Of a stretch of 64,000 nucleotides of DNA, positions 49,266-59,509 are shown piece by piece. The translations under genes were made by a program, and so were the position numbers. Positions within the stretch are counted from its first letter, which is position 1. The number at the start of each line of letters is the position of its first letter. This DNA comes from an uncultured Candidatus Saccharibacteria bacterium (GTDB lineage Bacteria; Patescibacteriota; Doudnabacteria; UBA920). The stretch spans positions 473 through 64,472 of the forward strand of contig CAZTXY010000003.1 of the NCBI GenBank assembly GCA_964617815.1, in the 5' to 3' direction. The notes below the pieces were generated by a model that was given only the letters and a program-made list of their open reading frames with translations, was not told the origin of the DNA and did not search any database.

Positions 49266-50321
49266 TTATCCAAAAGTAAAGGTAAAGGCTTCAAATCCCG
49301 CACCGGAAATTTCAATAATTAGAGTGTATTCATTATTCTCATCAGCGCTGTATAAAGTGTAGAGTTGTGAGTCACCAACAGTGACAGGGGCAACCTCTTC
49401 GTTATTGATAAATATTTTTAGTTTTGAGCCAAGTTTACTGGCTGCTACCATGTGCACTTCTTTGCCTTGATAGCGTAGTCGTATCTTTCCTTTTCCAGAA
49501 GCGAGGACTGCTTTTTCAGGCTCTATAATCCAGTCACCTTCAAGCTGAAATTCATTTAGATTTTGAACGCTTGTAAAAGAAAAAGTTTGCGATGCTTGGG
49601 TGTTGGTAAATTTTTGGGCCAAGTGCTCGAGACGATTTGAACCAAAATACATTTCTGGACTACCTATACTTTTTGAGTTTTGATCTGAATCTAAAACAGT
49701 TTTTTTATCAAGCCCTAAAAGTTGTCTGATTAACGATTCAGTTTCTTCATACTTACCTTCACCAAAATGGGTATAGACAATATTACCCTCTTGATCAATT
49801 AAGTATTTAGCAGGCCAGTATTGGTTCTTGTAAGCGTTCCAAGTCGCAAAATTATTGTCCTGGGCAACCGGGTAAGTAATTTTGTAGCGTTTTAAGGCAG
49901 TCTCTACATTTTTTGTAACTTTTTCAAACTCAAATTCCGGAGTGTGTACGCCGATGATTACAAGACCTTGGTCTTTATAAGTCTCATGCCACTTTGTTAT
50001 ATAGGGGAGTGTGCGAATACAATTAATGCAAGAGTATGTCCAAAAATCAATTAAAACAACTTTGCCACGATATTCTGCCAGGGTTGCTGCTTGCTTGCCA
50101 GAAGGTAAGTTGAGCCATTTGTTAATACCCACAAATTCTGCTGCTGGTCCTTGGCTTTTTAACTCCGCTGGTTTTTCATCTTTTGCATTATCAATTCCAA
50201 GCAGAGAAGACACGGAGTTTGTTTTTGTGCCATCTGTATTAGTTTTAGACGTCTTGTCTATATATATACCACCAGCAATAAGTAGAACAACAACTATGAT
50301 TATGTATGGAAGTGCTTTCAT
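49266..50321 (-). CDS. Membrane-anchored redoxin (DipZ-like thioredoxin domain)
   Basis: DFWTYSCINC, GVHTPEF, YWPAKY, HFGEG, FTFTFG end. Confidence 0.88.
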   Translation of the reverse strand: MKALPYIIIVVVLLIAGGIYIDKTSKTNTDGTKTNSVSSLLGIDNAKDEKPAELKSQGPAAEFVGINKWLNLPSGKQAATLAEYRGKVVLIDFWTYSCINCIRTLPYITKWHETYKDQGLVIIGVHTPEFEFEKVTKNVETALKRYKITYPVAQDNNFATWNAYKNQYWPAKYLIDQEGNIVYTHFGEGKYEETESLIRQLLGLDKKTVLDSDQNSKSIGSPEMYFGSNRLEHLAQKFTNTQASQTFSFTSVQNLNEFQLEGDWIIEPEKAVLASGKGKIRLRYQGKEVHMVAASKLGSKLKIFINNEEVAPVTVGDSQLYTLYSADENNEYTLIIEISGAGFEAFTFTFG

Positions 50322-50324
50322 ATT

Positions 50325-50359
50325 TTTAGTGACTAGCCACTAGTAACTAGCTTCTAGTG
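50325..50359. repeat. Heptamer array (5 units)
   Basis: tttagtg actagcc actagta actagct tctagtg. Confidence 0.75.
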
Positions 50360-50376
50360 TTACTGCAGCTTCTTAA

Positions 50377-51090
50377 TTATTTTAATAACTTTTGTTCTAG
50401 TGTGCCAAAGTTATAGTACTCCAAGATTTTAGCTTGAAGGACTAAGTCATACTGGAAATACATAGCGACGGCAAGTCCAATAATCAACACTCCGAAAACT
50501 TGTTGCATTCTTGTTGCGTATTGGGCAAAGCTGCGAACCTTTGTTGTTACTAACTGTCCGCCGTAGGCAATAATTAACATGGGAATTCCAGCACCAACCG
50601 CGTAGGCGACAAGCAAAATAGAAGCGCGACCTACTTCAGTGGAAGTGGCAATTAGAGTCAGAATAGAGCCAAGAACTGGGCCAGCGCATGGTGTCCAGAT
50701 TACACCGAGCATTACACCAAGGACAAAGCCGCCAAAATTGCCCGTGCCAGCTGCAGTAGCTGTTTGGTTAGCTTTGTTGATAAAACCACTTAAGTAAACG
50801 GTCAGTTTTTCAAACGGCGTTGGCCAAATCATAAATAGTCCAAAAATTCCGAGAGCGACAATCGCAATATTGCGCAGAACATCTGGAGCGATGTTTAGGT
50901 TTGTAACTAAATAAGAGAGGAGTAGTCCGGTTAAGGCAAAGGTTAAAACGAACCCTAGGGCAATAAACAAGGGCCTTGTTTTGCTTTGTTGTCCTACTGA
51001 GGCGCCAAGCAAAATAGGGAGTAGGGGTAGAATGCATGGGGCACCAATGGTTAGGATGCCTGCTATAATCGCAAAAAGAATTTGTAGCAT
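50377..51090 (-). CDS. ccdA: CcdA/DsbD-type transmembrane electron transporter
   Basis: PCILPLLP and WTPCAGP motifs, 6 TMs. Confidence 0.88.
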   Translation of the reverse strand: MLQILFAIIAGILTIGAPCILPLLPILLGASVGQQSKTRPLFIALGFVLTFALTGLLLSYLVTNLNIAPDVLRNIAIVALGIFGLFMIWPTPFEKLTVYLSGFINKANQTATAAGTGNFGGFVLGVMLGVIWTPCAGPVLGSILTLIATSTEVGRASILLVAYAVGAGIPMLIIAYGGQLVTTKVRSFAQYATRMQQVFGVLIIGLAVAMYFQYDLVLQAKILEYYNFGTLEQKLLK

Positions 51091-51100
51091 AATTTAGTTT

Positions 51101-51135
51101 GCTAGTAACTAGTCACTAGTGGCTGGTCACTAATT
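51101..51135. repeat. Heptamer array (5 units)
   Basis: gctagta actagtc actagtg gctggtc actaatt. Confidence 0.75.
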
Positions 51136-51136
51136 A

Positions 51137-51673
51137 TTACTTGATATTTGTTTTTAATGAATCTATATCCCCACCATTCCATTTAGTAACCATGTTTCCT
51201 TGTTGATCGATTTGGACAAATGTATGCTGGTAGGTAACGCCGTATTTCTTTTTTAGATCGGTGTTGCTGTCGTAGTCAGTTTTAAGCACAGTCACCCCGC
51301 TAGGGATTTCGCCAAGCTTAGATTTAAAAGCACTGTCGGCGGCTTTACAAAAAGGACACCAAGGGGCATGAAAGAAGAGAACAACTTTTTGACCTTGTGC
51401 TTGTTCGTCTTTAACTGTGCTTTCAGAATAATCTTTATAGGCTCCAGCCTTTTTGACCATAGATTCTTGGCTGGTGCTTCCTGCGTCGCTGTTTGGCTTG
51501 TCTTTTTCCATCATAGCGTTTTCATTTGTGGCTGGTGTTTGTGTTTCTTCCATCTTTTTATCATCTACTACCACGTCGCTGGCTATATCTTGCTTATTAT
51601 CCTGGCTTAAGACAACTCCAATAACAATAATTGCGATTAACACTAATATCCCCGCGAGCATTTTTTTATTCAT
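51137..51673 (-). CDS. Membrane-anchored thioredoxin-like protein
   Basis: N-terminal TM; FFHAPWCPFC; YGVTYQHT. Confidence 0.85.
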   Translation of the reverse strand: MNKKMLAGILVLIAIIVIGVVLSQDNKQDIASDVVVDDKKMEETQTPATNENAMMEKDKPNSDAGSTSQESMVKKAGAYKDYSESTVKDEQAQGQKVVLFFHAPWCPFCKAADSAFKSKLGEIPSGVTVLKTDYDSNTDLKKKYGVTYQHTFVQIDQQGNMVTKWNGGDIDSLKTNIK

Positions 51674-51813
51674 TTGAAATAGTTTAATTTTAATATATTT
51701 CTAGTTTAACATGCTGGGATTATATGTCAAGTGTACTTTACATTGAGATATTAGTAGTACTACTATATACTGATAAACCGGCTTTCAGCCGAGATTTTTC
51801 GAAGGAGTGAACC

Positions 51814-53397
51814 ATGAAAGTCAAACGAGCGCTGATCAGCGTTTCGGACAAGAGGTACATCGACAAACTCGGCTGGGCTCTTACCAAGCTCGGCGTGGAG
51901 ATTATTTCTACGGGTGGAACCGCCAAGGCGCTTTTGCAAGCGGGAGTGCCCATCATTGACGCCAGTGAGTTCACTGGCTGGCCCGAGATGTTCGAAGGTC
52001 GCCTCAAGACCTTGCACCCTCTCATCCACGGGGGAATTCTGTTCCGCCGGGGCAACGAAGAAGACCAGCGCCAGGCCGCCGAACATGGCGTCGTGGGGAT
52101 CGACCTCGTCGTGGTCAATCTTTATCCTTTTGCCGCGACCGTGGCAAAGGAGGGCGTGACCTTCGAAGACGCGGTCGAGAATATCGACATCGGCGGGCCG
52201 ACCATGGTGCGGGCGGCTGGCAAGAACTACGAGGATGTTGCTGTGGTCGTCGATTCCGGCGACTACGAAGCACTCATCGAGGAACTGGAGTTCAGTGGTG
52301 GCAACCTTTCGCTTATGACTCGCTTCAGTCTGATGAGCAAGGCCTTCGCCCATACGGCGGCCTACGACAGCGCGATCGCTGACTTCATTGCCAACCGGGC
52401 GACGTTTAACCCCGGAACCGAGAAGGTCGAGGTGCTTGATGCTGAAGCGATGCCGGCGCGGGTAACGCTGCAGTTGAGGCGCAAGGACACTCTTCGCTAC
52501 GGTGAGAACCCGCATCAGAAGTCTGCGCTGTACACTACGGCGCAGTCTGACGGTGGCGTTGCAGCGGCTGTTCAGATCCAGGGCAAGGGTCTTTCTATGA
52601 CCAACTATCTGGACATGGACGCGGCCTGGAAGATCGTAGGGGAGCTCGCAGGGGAGCTCGTCTCCTTTCAAGTCCCTTGTGCAATCGTCAAGCACGCAAC
52701 CCCGTGCGGCGTTGCCATCGGAGCAACCCAAGTTGATGCCTACATTCGGGCTTTTGCCTGCGATCCAAAGTCGGCTTTCGGCGGCGTCATCGCGTTCGAT
52801 GATGTGGTTGACGGTGATGCGGCCAGAGCAGTTCTGAGCCATTTCGTTGAGGTCGTGATCGCAACTGATTACACCGACGAGGCTCTGGAGGAGTTTCAGC
52901 GAAAGCCCAACGTTCGTGTGATGCGGGCGCCAAACGCGGTAGCTGAACCTTTCGAGCTTCGTAGTATCAGTGGCGGCCTGCTGTTTCAGCAGCCTGACAC
53001 TGACGCCATTCACGCTCTCTCTGTCGTCACGGAGCGTCAACCCACGGAATTCGAGGAGAACGATCTGTGGCTCGCCAACATGTTGGTCAAGTACGTCAAG
53101 AGCAACGGCATTGTCTACGTTCGCGACCAGCAGATGGTGGCGGTGTGTGGTGGACAGACGAGTCGAGTGGATGCGGTGCGCATGGCTGGCGAGAAGGCTG
53201 TGCTTCCGCTTGCTGGTTCTGTGTTGGCCTCAGACGCCTTTTTCCCGTTTCGCGACAATGTCGATGAGGCGGCAAAGGCAGGCGTTACGGCCATCATTCA
53301 GCCGGGAGGATCGAATCGCGATCAGGAGGTCATCGATACAGCCAACGAGAATGACATGGCCATGATCTTCACTGGCACACGCCACTTTCGGCACTGA
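51814..53397 (+). CDS. purH: Bifunctional AICAR transformylase/IMP cyclohydrolase
   Basis: RALISVSDK, KTLHP, IDIGGP, LRYGENPHQ, SDAFFPF, RHFRH. Confidence 0.96.
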   Translation: MKVKRALISVSDKRYIDKLGWALTKLGVEIISTGGTAKALLQAGVPIIDASEFTGWPEMFEGRLKTLHPLIHGGILFRRGNEEDQRQAAEHGVVGIDLVVVNLYPFAATVAKEGVTFEDAVENIDIGGPTMVRAAGKNYEDVAVVVDSGDYEALIEELEFSGGNLSLMTRFSLMSKAFAHTAAYDSAIADFIANRATFNPGTEKVEVLDAEAMPARVTLQLRRKDTLRYGENPHQKSALYTTAQSDGGVAAAVQIQGKGLSMTNYLDMDAAWKIVGELAGELVSFQVPCAIVKHATPCGVAIGATQVDAYIRAFACDPKSAFGGVIAFDDVVDGDAARAVLSHFVEVVIATDYTDEALEEFQRKPNVRVMRAPNAVAEPFELRSISGGLLFQQPDTDAIHALSVVTERQPTEFEENDLWLANMLVKYVKSNGIVYVRDQQMVAVCGGQTSRVDAVRMAGEKAVLPLAGSVLASDAFFPFRDNVDEAAKAGVTAIIQPGGSNRDQEVIDTANENDMAMIFTGTRHFRH

Positions 53398-53446
53398 GCA
53401 GTTACAAACGGGGGAGAGTTTTTGCAGAGCATCTGGCTCTGCGTTT

Positions 53447-53475
53447 GGGCGGGTCGCTACACCAGCGACCCGCCC
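53447..53475 (+). terminator. purH terminator
   Basis: GGGCGGGTCGCT/AGCGACCCGCCC stem plus T-run. Confidence 0.75.
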
Positions 53476-53522
53476 TCATCTTTTTTATGTTATAATTTAC
53501 TTAATAAAACTAATCTAAAAAA

Positions 53523-54086
53523 ATGAAACAAAAAGAAATTTTACTTTGGACGCTAGCGGTTTCTGCTTTGATCTTATCAGTCATCGCCACTTTTGGATCT
53601 CGTTTGCAAGGACTTTCTTCAGAAGCTGCTTCTAGACCACAAAATATGACCATGTCACAAAATCAGGGGACATTAAGAGTGACCACTGGTGGAATAGTCA
53701 CAAATGGTGATGAAAATTCACCTACAGCTCCAGGATGCGATTATAGTGAGGTATCGATATCTATGACTTATAGTGAGGATACTCAAACAAGAAATGATAA
53801 TATTGAAAGAGCATTTTTTGAACTTCAAGCACGCTGTGGGCAGACTAGTAGTTGTTCTGGTTTGGCCAATACTATTGATGAATTAAATGAGCAAATGTCA
53901 GGTCAGAATACTATATCCGAAGAGAGCCGTCAGGCGGGGCAAACATGGTTGAATGATATGACAGCAGCTTTTAGACAATGGTGCGGTGGTCATAATAGTG
54001 GCGCAAATAGTGATGGAGGTGATCCCGAAGCTTGTAACCGTGGAGGTGGTACAACATGTTTAGAACCCGGAGCGGTATTGAATTAA
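53523..54086 (+). CDS. Exported hypothetical protein with six Cys
   Basis: N-terminal hydrophobic segment. Confidence 0.6.
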   Translation: MKQKEILLWTLAVSALILSVIATFGSRLQGLSSEAASRPQNMTMSQNQGTLRVTTGGIVTNGDENSPTAPGCDYSEVSISMTYSEDTQTRNDNIERAFFELQARCGQTSSCSGLANTIDELNEQMSGQNTISEESRQAGQTWLNDMTAAFRQWCGGHNSGANSDGGDPEACNRGGGTTCLEPGAVLN

Positions 54087-54105
54087 AATTCAGGTAGAAT
54101 ATAAA

Positions 54106-54146
54106 TTAGCACTCTACTTGACAGAGTGCTAATTTTTTATTATCAT
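54106..54146 (+). promoter_or_regulatory. CIRCE operator overlapping the -35 of the hrcA promoter
   Basis: TTAGCACTC-N9-GAGTGCTAA (54106-54132); TTGACA in the spacer, TATCAT 17 bp later. Confidence 0.95.
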
Positions 54147-54185
54147 ATTAACAGTAGATTATAATCATCAATAAACCGCACAAAT

Positions 54186-54941
54186 ATGGCGGAAAAAGAC
54201 ATTCAAATCAGTCCTCGGCAAGCTAAAATCCTTGCCGCTATTGTCAAAGAAAACTGCGAATCTGGCCAGCCTGTGGCCAGCCGTGACTTGGAAGAGAAGT
54301 ATAACTTCGACGTCAGTGGAGCCACTATTCGAAATGAAATGCAGGCTTTGGAAAAGTTAGGCTTTGTCACGCATACGCATACTTCTAGTGGGCGTGTGCC
54401 TACAGACAAAGGCTTCCGCTATTTTGTTAACCAGCTCATGGACCACGTAAAGCTTACTGCAAAAGAGCAGGAACGACTTAGAGTGGAAGTCATGAAGTTG
54501 TCCTTGGTTAATGCTGAAGTGGGAAGACGCTTGGCAAAACTAATTACTCAACAAACTGCCCAAGCTTCATTTACAATTTTCCCTCAAGAGGTGTCATCAA
54601 CTGGTTTATCGAATATTTTGGATAATCCAAATCTTTCAGGGGACGACGCTAAAGAGATAGCTCAATTTTTTGACTCGCTAGATGAATATGCTGATCAGTT
54701 TATTGCCGACTACGCCGACGGTGAACCAAAAGCATATATCGGAAAAGAGCTTACTCTTTCTAAGCACTCAGACTATTCTATGATAGTTTCTGGACTTAAA
54801 TTACCATCAGGGAAAAAAGGGGTAATTGGACTGATTGGTCCTAAAAGTATGCAGTATCAGAAAAATATGTCATTGATGGAGTATTTAACAAAACTTCTTG
54901 GTGGTGGTGCTGCAGTAACTTTACTTTTTTTAATTAAATAA
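54186..54941 (+). CDS. hrcA: Heat-inducible transcription repressor HrcA (short form)
   Basis: RQAKIL..IV, PVAS, SGATIRNEM, HTSSGRVPTDKGFRYFV, GLIGP..M.Y; CIRCE upstream. Confidence 0.92.
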   Translation: MAEKDIQISPRQAKILAAIVKENCESGQPVASRDLEEKYNFDVSGATIRNEMQALEKLGFVTHTHTSSGRVPTDKGFRYFVNQLMDHVKLTAKEQERLRVEVMKLSLVNAEVGRRLAKLITQQTAQASFTIFPQEVSSTGLSNILDNPNLSGDDAKEIAQFFDSLDEYADQFIADYADGEPKAYIGKELTLSKHSDYSMIVSGLKLPSGKKGVIGLIGPKSMQYQKNMSLMEYLTKLLGGGAAVTLLFLIK

Positions 54942-54947
54942 GAAGTT

Positions 54948-55493
54948 ATGAACGACAAACAACATGCTCAAATTCCTATTGAAGATGAAGACCAAAGCGA
55001 TTCTGTGGCTAACAGCAGCGCAGGTGGTCTGGCGGATTGGGAAGTGGATTTACAAAAAGCTCAAGACGAGGCGGCCAAAAATTTAGATGGATGGAAGCGG
55101 ACGTTGGCTGACTTTGAAAATTATCAGAAACGAAAAGAGAACGAGAATAAGGACTTGATAGAGTTTGCCCGTGAGGTGGTGGTGGCTAAACTGCTTCCGA
55201 CGCTCGACACTATTAAACAAGGACTTCTTCACATCCCAGAGGACATGGCCAAAATGGAAGAATGGAAAAATGGTATTGATGGGACACTAAAACAAGTTGA
55301 TACTACTTTAGCTGAACTGGGAGTTAAAAAAATTGAAAGCGTCGGAAAAAAATTTGATCCCCATTTTCACGAAGCAGTCCGGGAAATTTCAGGACAAGAA
55401 GACGGTATTGTCATGGAAGAGTATCAAACAGGCTATGAATTAAACGGTAAAGTAATTCGGCCCTCACAAGTAGTAATAAGTAAAAAACAGTAA
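54948..55493 (+). CDS. grpE: Nucleotide exchange factor GrpE
   Basis: ADFENYQKR, FDPHFHEA, GY.LNGKVIRPSQV. Confidence 0.95.
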   Translation: MNDKQHAQIPIEDEDQSDSVANSSAGGLADWEVDLQKAQDEAAKNLDGWKRTLADFENYQKRKENENKDLIEFAREVVVAKLLPTLDTIKQGLLHIPEDMAKMEEWKNGIDGTLKQVDTTLAELGVKKIESVGKKFDPHFHEAVREISGQEDGIVMEEYQTGYELNGKVIRPSQVVISKKQ

Positions 55494-55496
55494 AGT

Positions 55497-55554
55497 TGTC
55501 ATCCCAAACTTGATTTGGGATCCAGTCTGGATTCCAGCTTTCGCTGGAATGACA
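55497..55554. repeat. Palindromic miniature element between grpE and dnaK
   Basis: Near-identical inverted copy of 48958-49015. Confidence 0.85.
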
Positions 55555-55574
55555 CATATTTGAAAGGAACTATT

Positions 55575-57476
55575 ATGTCTAAAATTATAGGAATTGACTT
55601 AGGAACAAGTAATAGCGCAGCAAGTGTGATGGAAGCTGGTAAGCCAGTCATTATCCCTGCTGCTGAAGGTGCAAGTTTAGGTGGCAAGGCTTTTCCATCT
55701 TACGTGGCTTTTACCAAAGAAGGTGAGCTTCTTGTTGGCGAGCCTGCGCGCAGACAGACAGTCACTAACCCAGAAGGCACAATTTTTGAAGCGAAGCGCA
55801 AGATGGGTACAAAATTTAAGTATACTGTTAATGGTAAAGACTATGCTCCAGAACAAATCAGTGCTTTTATTTTGCAAAAAATTAAGAAAGACGCGGAAAG
55901 CTATCTTGGCGATAAAGTTGAGAAAGCCGTAATTACTGTACCGGCTTACTTCGATGATGCTCAGCGCCAAGCCACAAAACATGCTGGAGAGATTGCGGGC
56001 TTGGAAGTTGTGCGTGTGATTAACGAGCCAACTGCGGCCGCTTTCGCTTATGGTATCGACAAAACTGGTGCTAAGGATCAGAAAATTTTAGTGTTCGATC
56101 TTGGTGGCGGTACGCTTGACGTGACTATCATGGATTTTGGTGAAGTCGACGGCCAAGCTACTTTTGAGGTGCTCTCTACTAGTGGAGATACCGCACTTGG
56201 TGGTAAAGATATGGACGCTAGCTTAATTGATCATATTGTAAAAACTTTCAAAGATGAAAGTGGTGTTGATTTAAGTAGTGATAAAATGGCAATGAATCGT
56301 GTTCGCGAAACAGCGGAAAAAGCTAAAATTGAGTTGTCTACAACTTTAGAAACTGAATTGAACTTACCTTTCATTACGGCAGATAGCTCCGGTCCAAAAC
56401 ATTTGCAAATGAAGTTGACTCGCGCAAAATTGGAAGACTTGGTCAAACCAATTGTCGAGCGTATGCGTACGCCAGTACAGCAAGCTTTATCTGATGCAAA
56501 ACTAACACCGCAACAAATTGAAAAAATTATTATGGTTGGTGGTCCAACTCGCATGCCTATAGTCACTAAGTTTGTTGAAGACTACGTTGGTAAGCAAATT
56601 GAGCGCGGTGTGGATCCAATGGAGGCTGTGGCTAAAGGTGCTGCTATTCAAGCTGGAGTTCTTTCTGGTGACGTTGCTGGTAAAGAAATTTTATTGCTCG
56701 ACGTGACGCCTTTGACCTTAGGCTTAGAGACTTTAGGTGGCGTGCGCACTCCAATTATTGACCGTAATACTACAGTGCCAACTTCAAAGAGCCAAGTTTT
56801 TTCTACAGCCGCTGACAATCAAACTTCAGTAGAGATTCATGTCCTCCAAGGGGAGCGCGAATTTGCTAACGACAACAAAGACTTGGGACGTTTTATTCTC
56901 GATGGTCTTCCTCCAGCGCCTCGCGGGATTCCCCAAGTTGAAGTCACGTTTGATATAGACGCCAGTGGGATTTTAACAGTTAAAGCAAAAGATAAAGCTA
57001 GCGGTAAAGAACAGCATATTACTATTCAAGGTTCAGCTAGTTTGAATAAAGAGGAAGTTGAGAGAATGAAAAAAGAAGCTGAAAGCCATGCTGAAGAAGA
57101 CAGAAAGCGTCGCGAAACCGTGGATATGAGAAACCAAGCCGACACACTTTTGGCTGTCTCAGAAAAGACCCTAAAAGATGCTGGTGACAAAGCTAAGGCA
57201 GAAGACAAAGCCGAAGTGGAAAGCAAAGTAGCAAGTTTAAAAGAAGTGAAAGATAAAGACGATGTAGACGCTATTCGTAAAGCTGTGGACGAATTATCCG
57301 CTGCTATTCAAAAAGTTGGCGCGGCTATGTACGAATCTTCTGCTGAAGCGACAGCGAACAAGGCAACAGAAACAACTGGAGATGCAGCTGGTGCAGACAA
57401 AGGACCTGTGGACGCAGAATTTAAAGAAGTTAAAGAAGAAAGTTCAGAACAAACACCTAAGGATGAAGTTAAATAA
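55575..57476 (+). CDS. dnaK: Chaperone DnaK
   Basis: [34 protein letters not shown]. Confidence 0.98.
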   Translation: MSKIIGIDLGTSNSAASVMEAGKPVIIPAAEGASLGGKAFPSYVAFTKEGELLVGEPARRQTVTNPEGTIFEAKRKMGTKFKYTVNGKDYAPEQISAFILQKIKKDAESYLGDKVEKAVITVPAYFDDAQRQATKHAGEIAGLEVVRVINEPTAAAFAYGIDKTGAKDQKILVFDLGGGTLDVTIMDFGEVDGQATFEVLSTSGDTALGGKDMDASLIDHIVKTFKDESGVDLSSDKMAMNRVRETAEKAKIELSTTLETELNLPFITADSSGPKHLQMKLTRAKLEDLVKPIVERMRTPVQQALSDAKLTPQQIEKIIMVGGPTRMPIVTKFVEDYVGKQIERGVDPMEAVAKGAAIQAGVLSGDVAGKEILLLDVTPLTLGLETLGGVRTPIIDRNTTVPTSKSQVFSTAADNQTSVEIHVLQGEREFANDNKDLGRFILDGLPPAPRGIPQVEVTFDIDASGILTVKAKDKASGKEQHITIQGSASLNKEEVERMKKEAESHAEEDRKRRETVDMRNQADTLLAVSEKTLKDAGDKAKAEDKAEVESKVASLKEVKDKDDVDAIRKAVDELSAAIQKVGAAMYESSAEATANKATETTGDAAGADKGPVDAEFKEVKEESSEQTPKDEVK

Positions 57477-57482
57477 ATGAAA

Positions 57483-57512
57483 GGGCGACCACGTTGCTGT
57501 ACGTGGCCGCCC
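57483..57512. terminator. Bidirectional hairpin after dnaK
   Basis: GGGCGACCACGT/ACGTGGCCGCCC. Confidence 0.65.
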
Positions 57513-57514
57513 AG

Positions 57515-57779
57515 TTAGCTCTTTGAGACCTTGCTTTGAGATCTCATATAGATAAGGATCGCCTCCTTTAGACCGCGTTCGGAGAGATGGTTCGAACGTG
57601 CGCGATACCGACCGTGGTCGCAATCATAAGGTGTCCTCCTGTTTGGAGCCGGCGCAAGGCTCGGCTGAGTGTGGTGGTTGATGCAACGGGGCAATCTTCT
57701 CCCGTGGTCGCATCTGTGGGTCGAGACCGAAGAATCTTCGGCTCAACCGCTTGAATTGCTTCGCAACCGAGGCGTACAT
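57515..57779 (-). other. Candidate operon of three micro-ORFs (51, 19 and 10 aa), each with a strong RBS
   Basis: 57624-57779 (GAGGTG), 57568-57627 (AGGAGG, ATGA overlap), 57515-57547 (AAGGAGGCGATCC). Confidence 0.45.
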
Positions 57780-57858
57780 AATGGCTTTCACCTCGACTCG
57801 GATTTACTAATTAAAGTATATCATAGTAGTTATTAATTAATAAAAAATCTAAAAATAT

Positions 57859-58176
57859 ATGGAAAACAATCAACCTTCCTCAAATGGCGGGCAACAACAG
57901 GGACAACAAATCCAAGTTAAAGCAACAGATGCAGTTTTGGCAGGACTTTACGCCAACATGCTTCAAGTTTCTCATACTAAGGAAGAATTTGTGTTAGACT
58001 TTATGAACTTGTTTCCTCCAACTGGCATCCTTGGAAGCCGTGTTATTGTTAGTCCTGCGCACATGAAGCGCATCATGTTAGCTTTGGAAGATAACTTGAA
58101 AAAATACGAAGAACAGTTTGGAAAAATTGAAGCCGGGCAAAATCCGCAACAAAGTTACGGTTTCAGAACAGAGTAA
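57859..58176 (+). CDS. DUF3467-like protein
   Basis: G.YAN...V.HT.EEFVLDF...SRVIVSP.H.KR....L..N...YE..FG. Confidence 0.8.
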   Translation: MENNQPSSNGGQQQGQQIQVKATDAVLAGLYANMLQVSHTKEEFVLDFMNLFPPTGILGSRVIVSPAHMKRIMLALEDNLKKYEEQFGKIEAGQNPQQSYGFRTE

Positions 58177-58184
58177 TTTTCAGT

Positions 58185-58219
58185 AGTCCTAAGTACTAAG
58201 TACTTAGTACTCAGTACTA
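58185..58219. repeat. Heptamer (AGTACT-core) array, 5 units
   Basis: agtccta agtacta agtactt agtactc agtacta. Confidence 0.8.
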
Positions 58220-58225
58220 CAAAAT

Positions 58226-59383
58226 ATGGCAAAAGATTTTTATGAAATACTTGGAGTAAACAAGTCTGCTAACGCAGATGAGATTAAACGCGCCTACAGA
58301 AAAAAGGCTCATGAGTATCATCCAGACAAAGGCGTGGGCAATGAAGAAAAGTTTAAAGAAGTTAATGAAGCGTATCAAGTTTTATCGAGCAGTGACAAGC
58401 GCTCACAGTACGATCAGTTTGGCCAGACCTATGAGCAGGCACAGCGAAACGGGGGAGCTGGTCCCGGTGGTTTTGGTGGTAATCCTTTCGGTGAAGGTTA
58501 TGATTTTTCAGGTTTTGGCCAAGGTGGTAATGTAAAATTCGACTTAGGAGATATTTTTGGTGATATTTTTGGGGGTCGGCAAGAACGTCAGAGCCGTCGC
58601 ACTCGTGGTGTAGATTTAGAAATGCCTGTAACAATTAGTTTTCAAGAGGCTGTATTTGGCATAGAAAAAGAATTGCAGTTAGAGAAAAAAGACACTTGTC
58701 CGACTTGCAAAGGAAATGGGGCAGAAGTTGGCACTAAAATAGTGACGTGTTCAAAGTGTCATGGTCAAGGTCAAATTATTACAATGCGCCGCACTATTTT
58801 TGGGCAAATGCAATCTGCAACTACTTGTGATAAGTGTGATGGTGACGGAAAGATTCCAGAAGTCCCCTGTAAGCAATGTAGTGGCGCTGGGATTTTGCGT
58901 CAAAGTAAAACTTTGCAAGTTAAAATTCCCGCGGGGATAGATAATGGCCAACGCATTCGAATTTCCAAAGAAGGGGAGATTGGTTATAAAGGTAGTAACC
59001 CTGGAGATTTGTATTTAAATATAAAAGTAAAACCACATGCCGAATTTAAGCGCTCAGGACAAGACTTACTTAAAGATTTGCCAGTGAGTTTTACCCAAGC
59101 CGCTTTAGGTGCAAAAATTAATTTTTCAACACTTGATGGAGATATTGAGTTAAAAGTTCCCACTGGAACTCAGTCCGGAACTGTTTTAAAAGTTTCTGGA
59201 AAAGGTGCACCTTTTATTAACAGTGGTAAGCGAGGCGATTTGCTAATTACAATTCGGGTTGTAGTCCCTGGAAAGCTGTCGAAAAAAGAAACAGATCTTC
59301 TAAAAGAGCTGGCAAAAGCCAGAGGGGAAACAGTGGAAGTTGATAAAGGATTTTGGGATAGCATTAAAGGAAGTTTTAATTAA
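58226..59383 (+). CDS. dnaJ: Chaperone DnaJ
   Basis: J domain with HPD, G/F region, four CxxCxGxG. Confidence 0.97.
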   Translation: MAKDFYEILGVNKSANADEIKRAYRKKAHEYHPDKGVGNEEKFKEVNEAYQVLSSSDKRSQYDQFGQTYEQAQRNGGAGPGGFGGNPFGEGYDFSGFGQGGNVKFDLGDIFGDIFGGRQERQSRRTRGVDLEMPVTISFQEAVFGIEKELQLEKKDTCPTCKGNGAEVGTKIVTCSKCHGQGQIITMRRTIFGQMQSATTCDKCDGDGKIPEVPCKQCSGAGILRQSKTLQVKIPAGIDNGQRIRISKEGEIGYKGSNPGDLYLNIKVKPHAEFKRSGQDLLKDLPVSFTQAALGAKINFSTLDGDIELKVPTGTQSGTVLKVSGKGAPFINSGKRGDLLITIRVVVPGKLSKKETDLLKELAKARGETVEVDKGFWDSIKGSFN

Positions 59384-59509
59384 ATCTGAAACTGTCCCGA
59401 TGTACATCGGGGCAGTTTTTTTGACCCAGAAACTGTGGCGTGGTAGAGTAATAAGCTTGAGTCCAACTTTGTTTGGACCTGGCTACCACTAAAAGGAGGC
59501 GTTTACGCC

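Noticed and set aside
51763-53040. 425-aa minus-strand ORF opposite purH
   Set aside because: Same antisense-shadow effect; purH motifs are unambiguous.
55515-55574. N-terminal extension of DnaK in the ORF track
   Set aside because: It derives from the palindromic element; the canonical start is MSKIIG at 55575.
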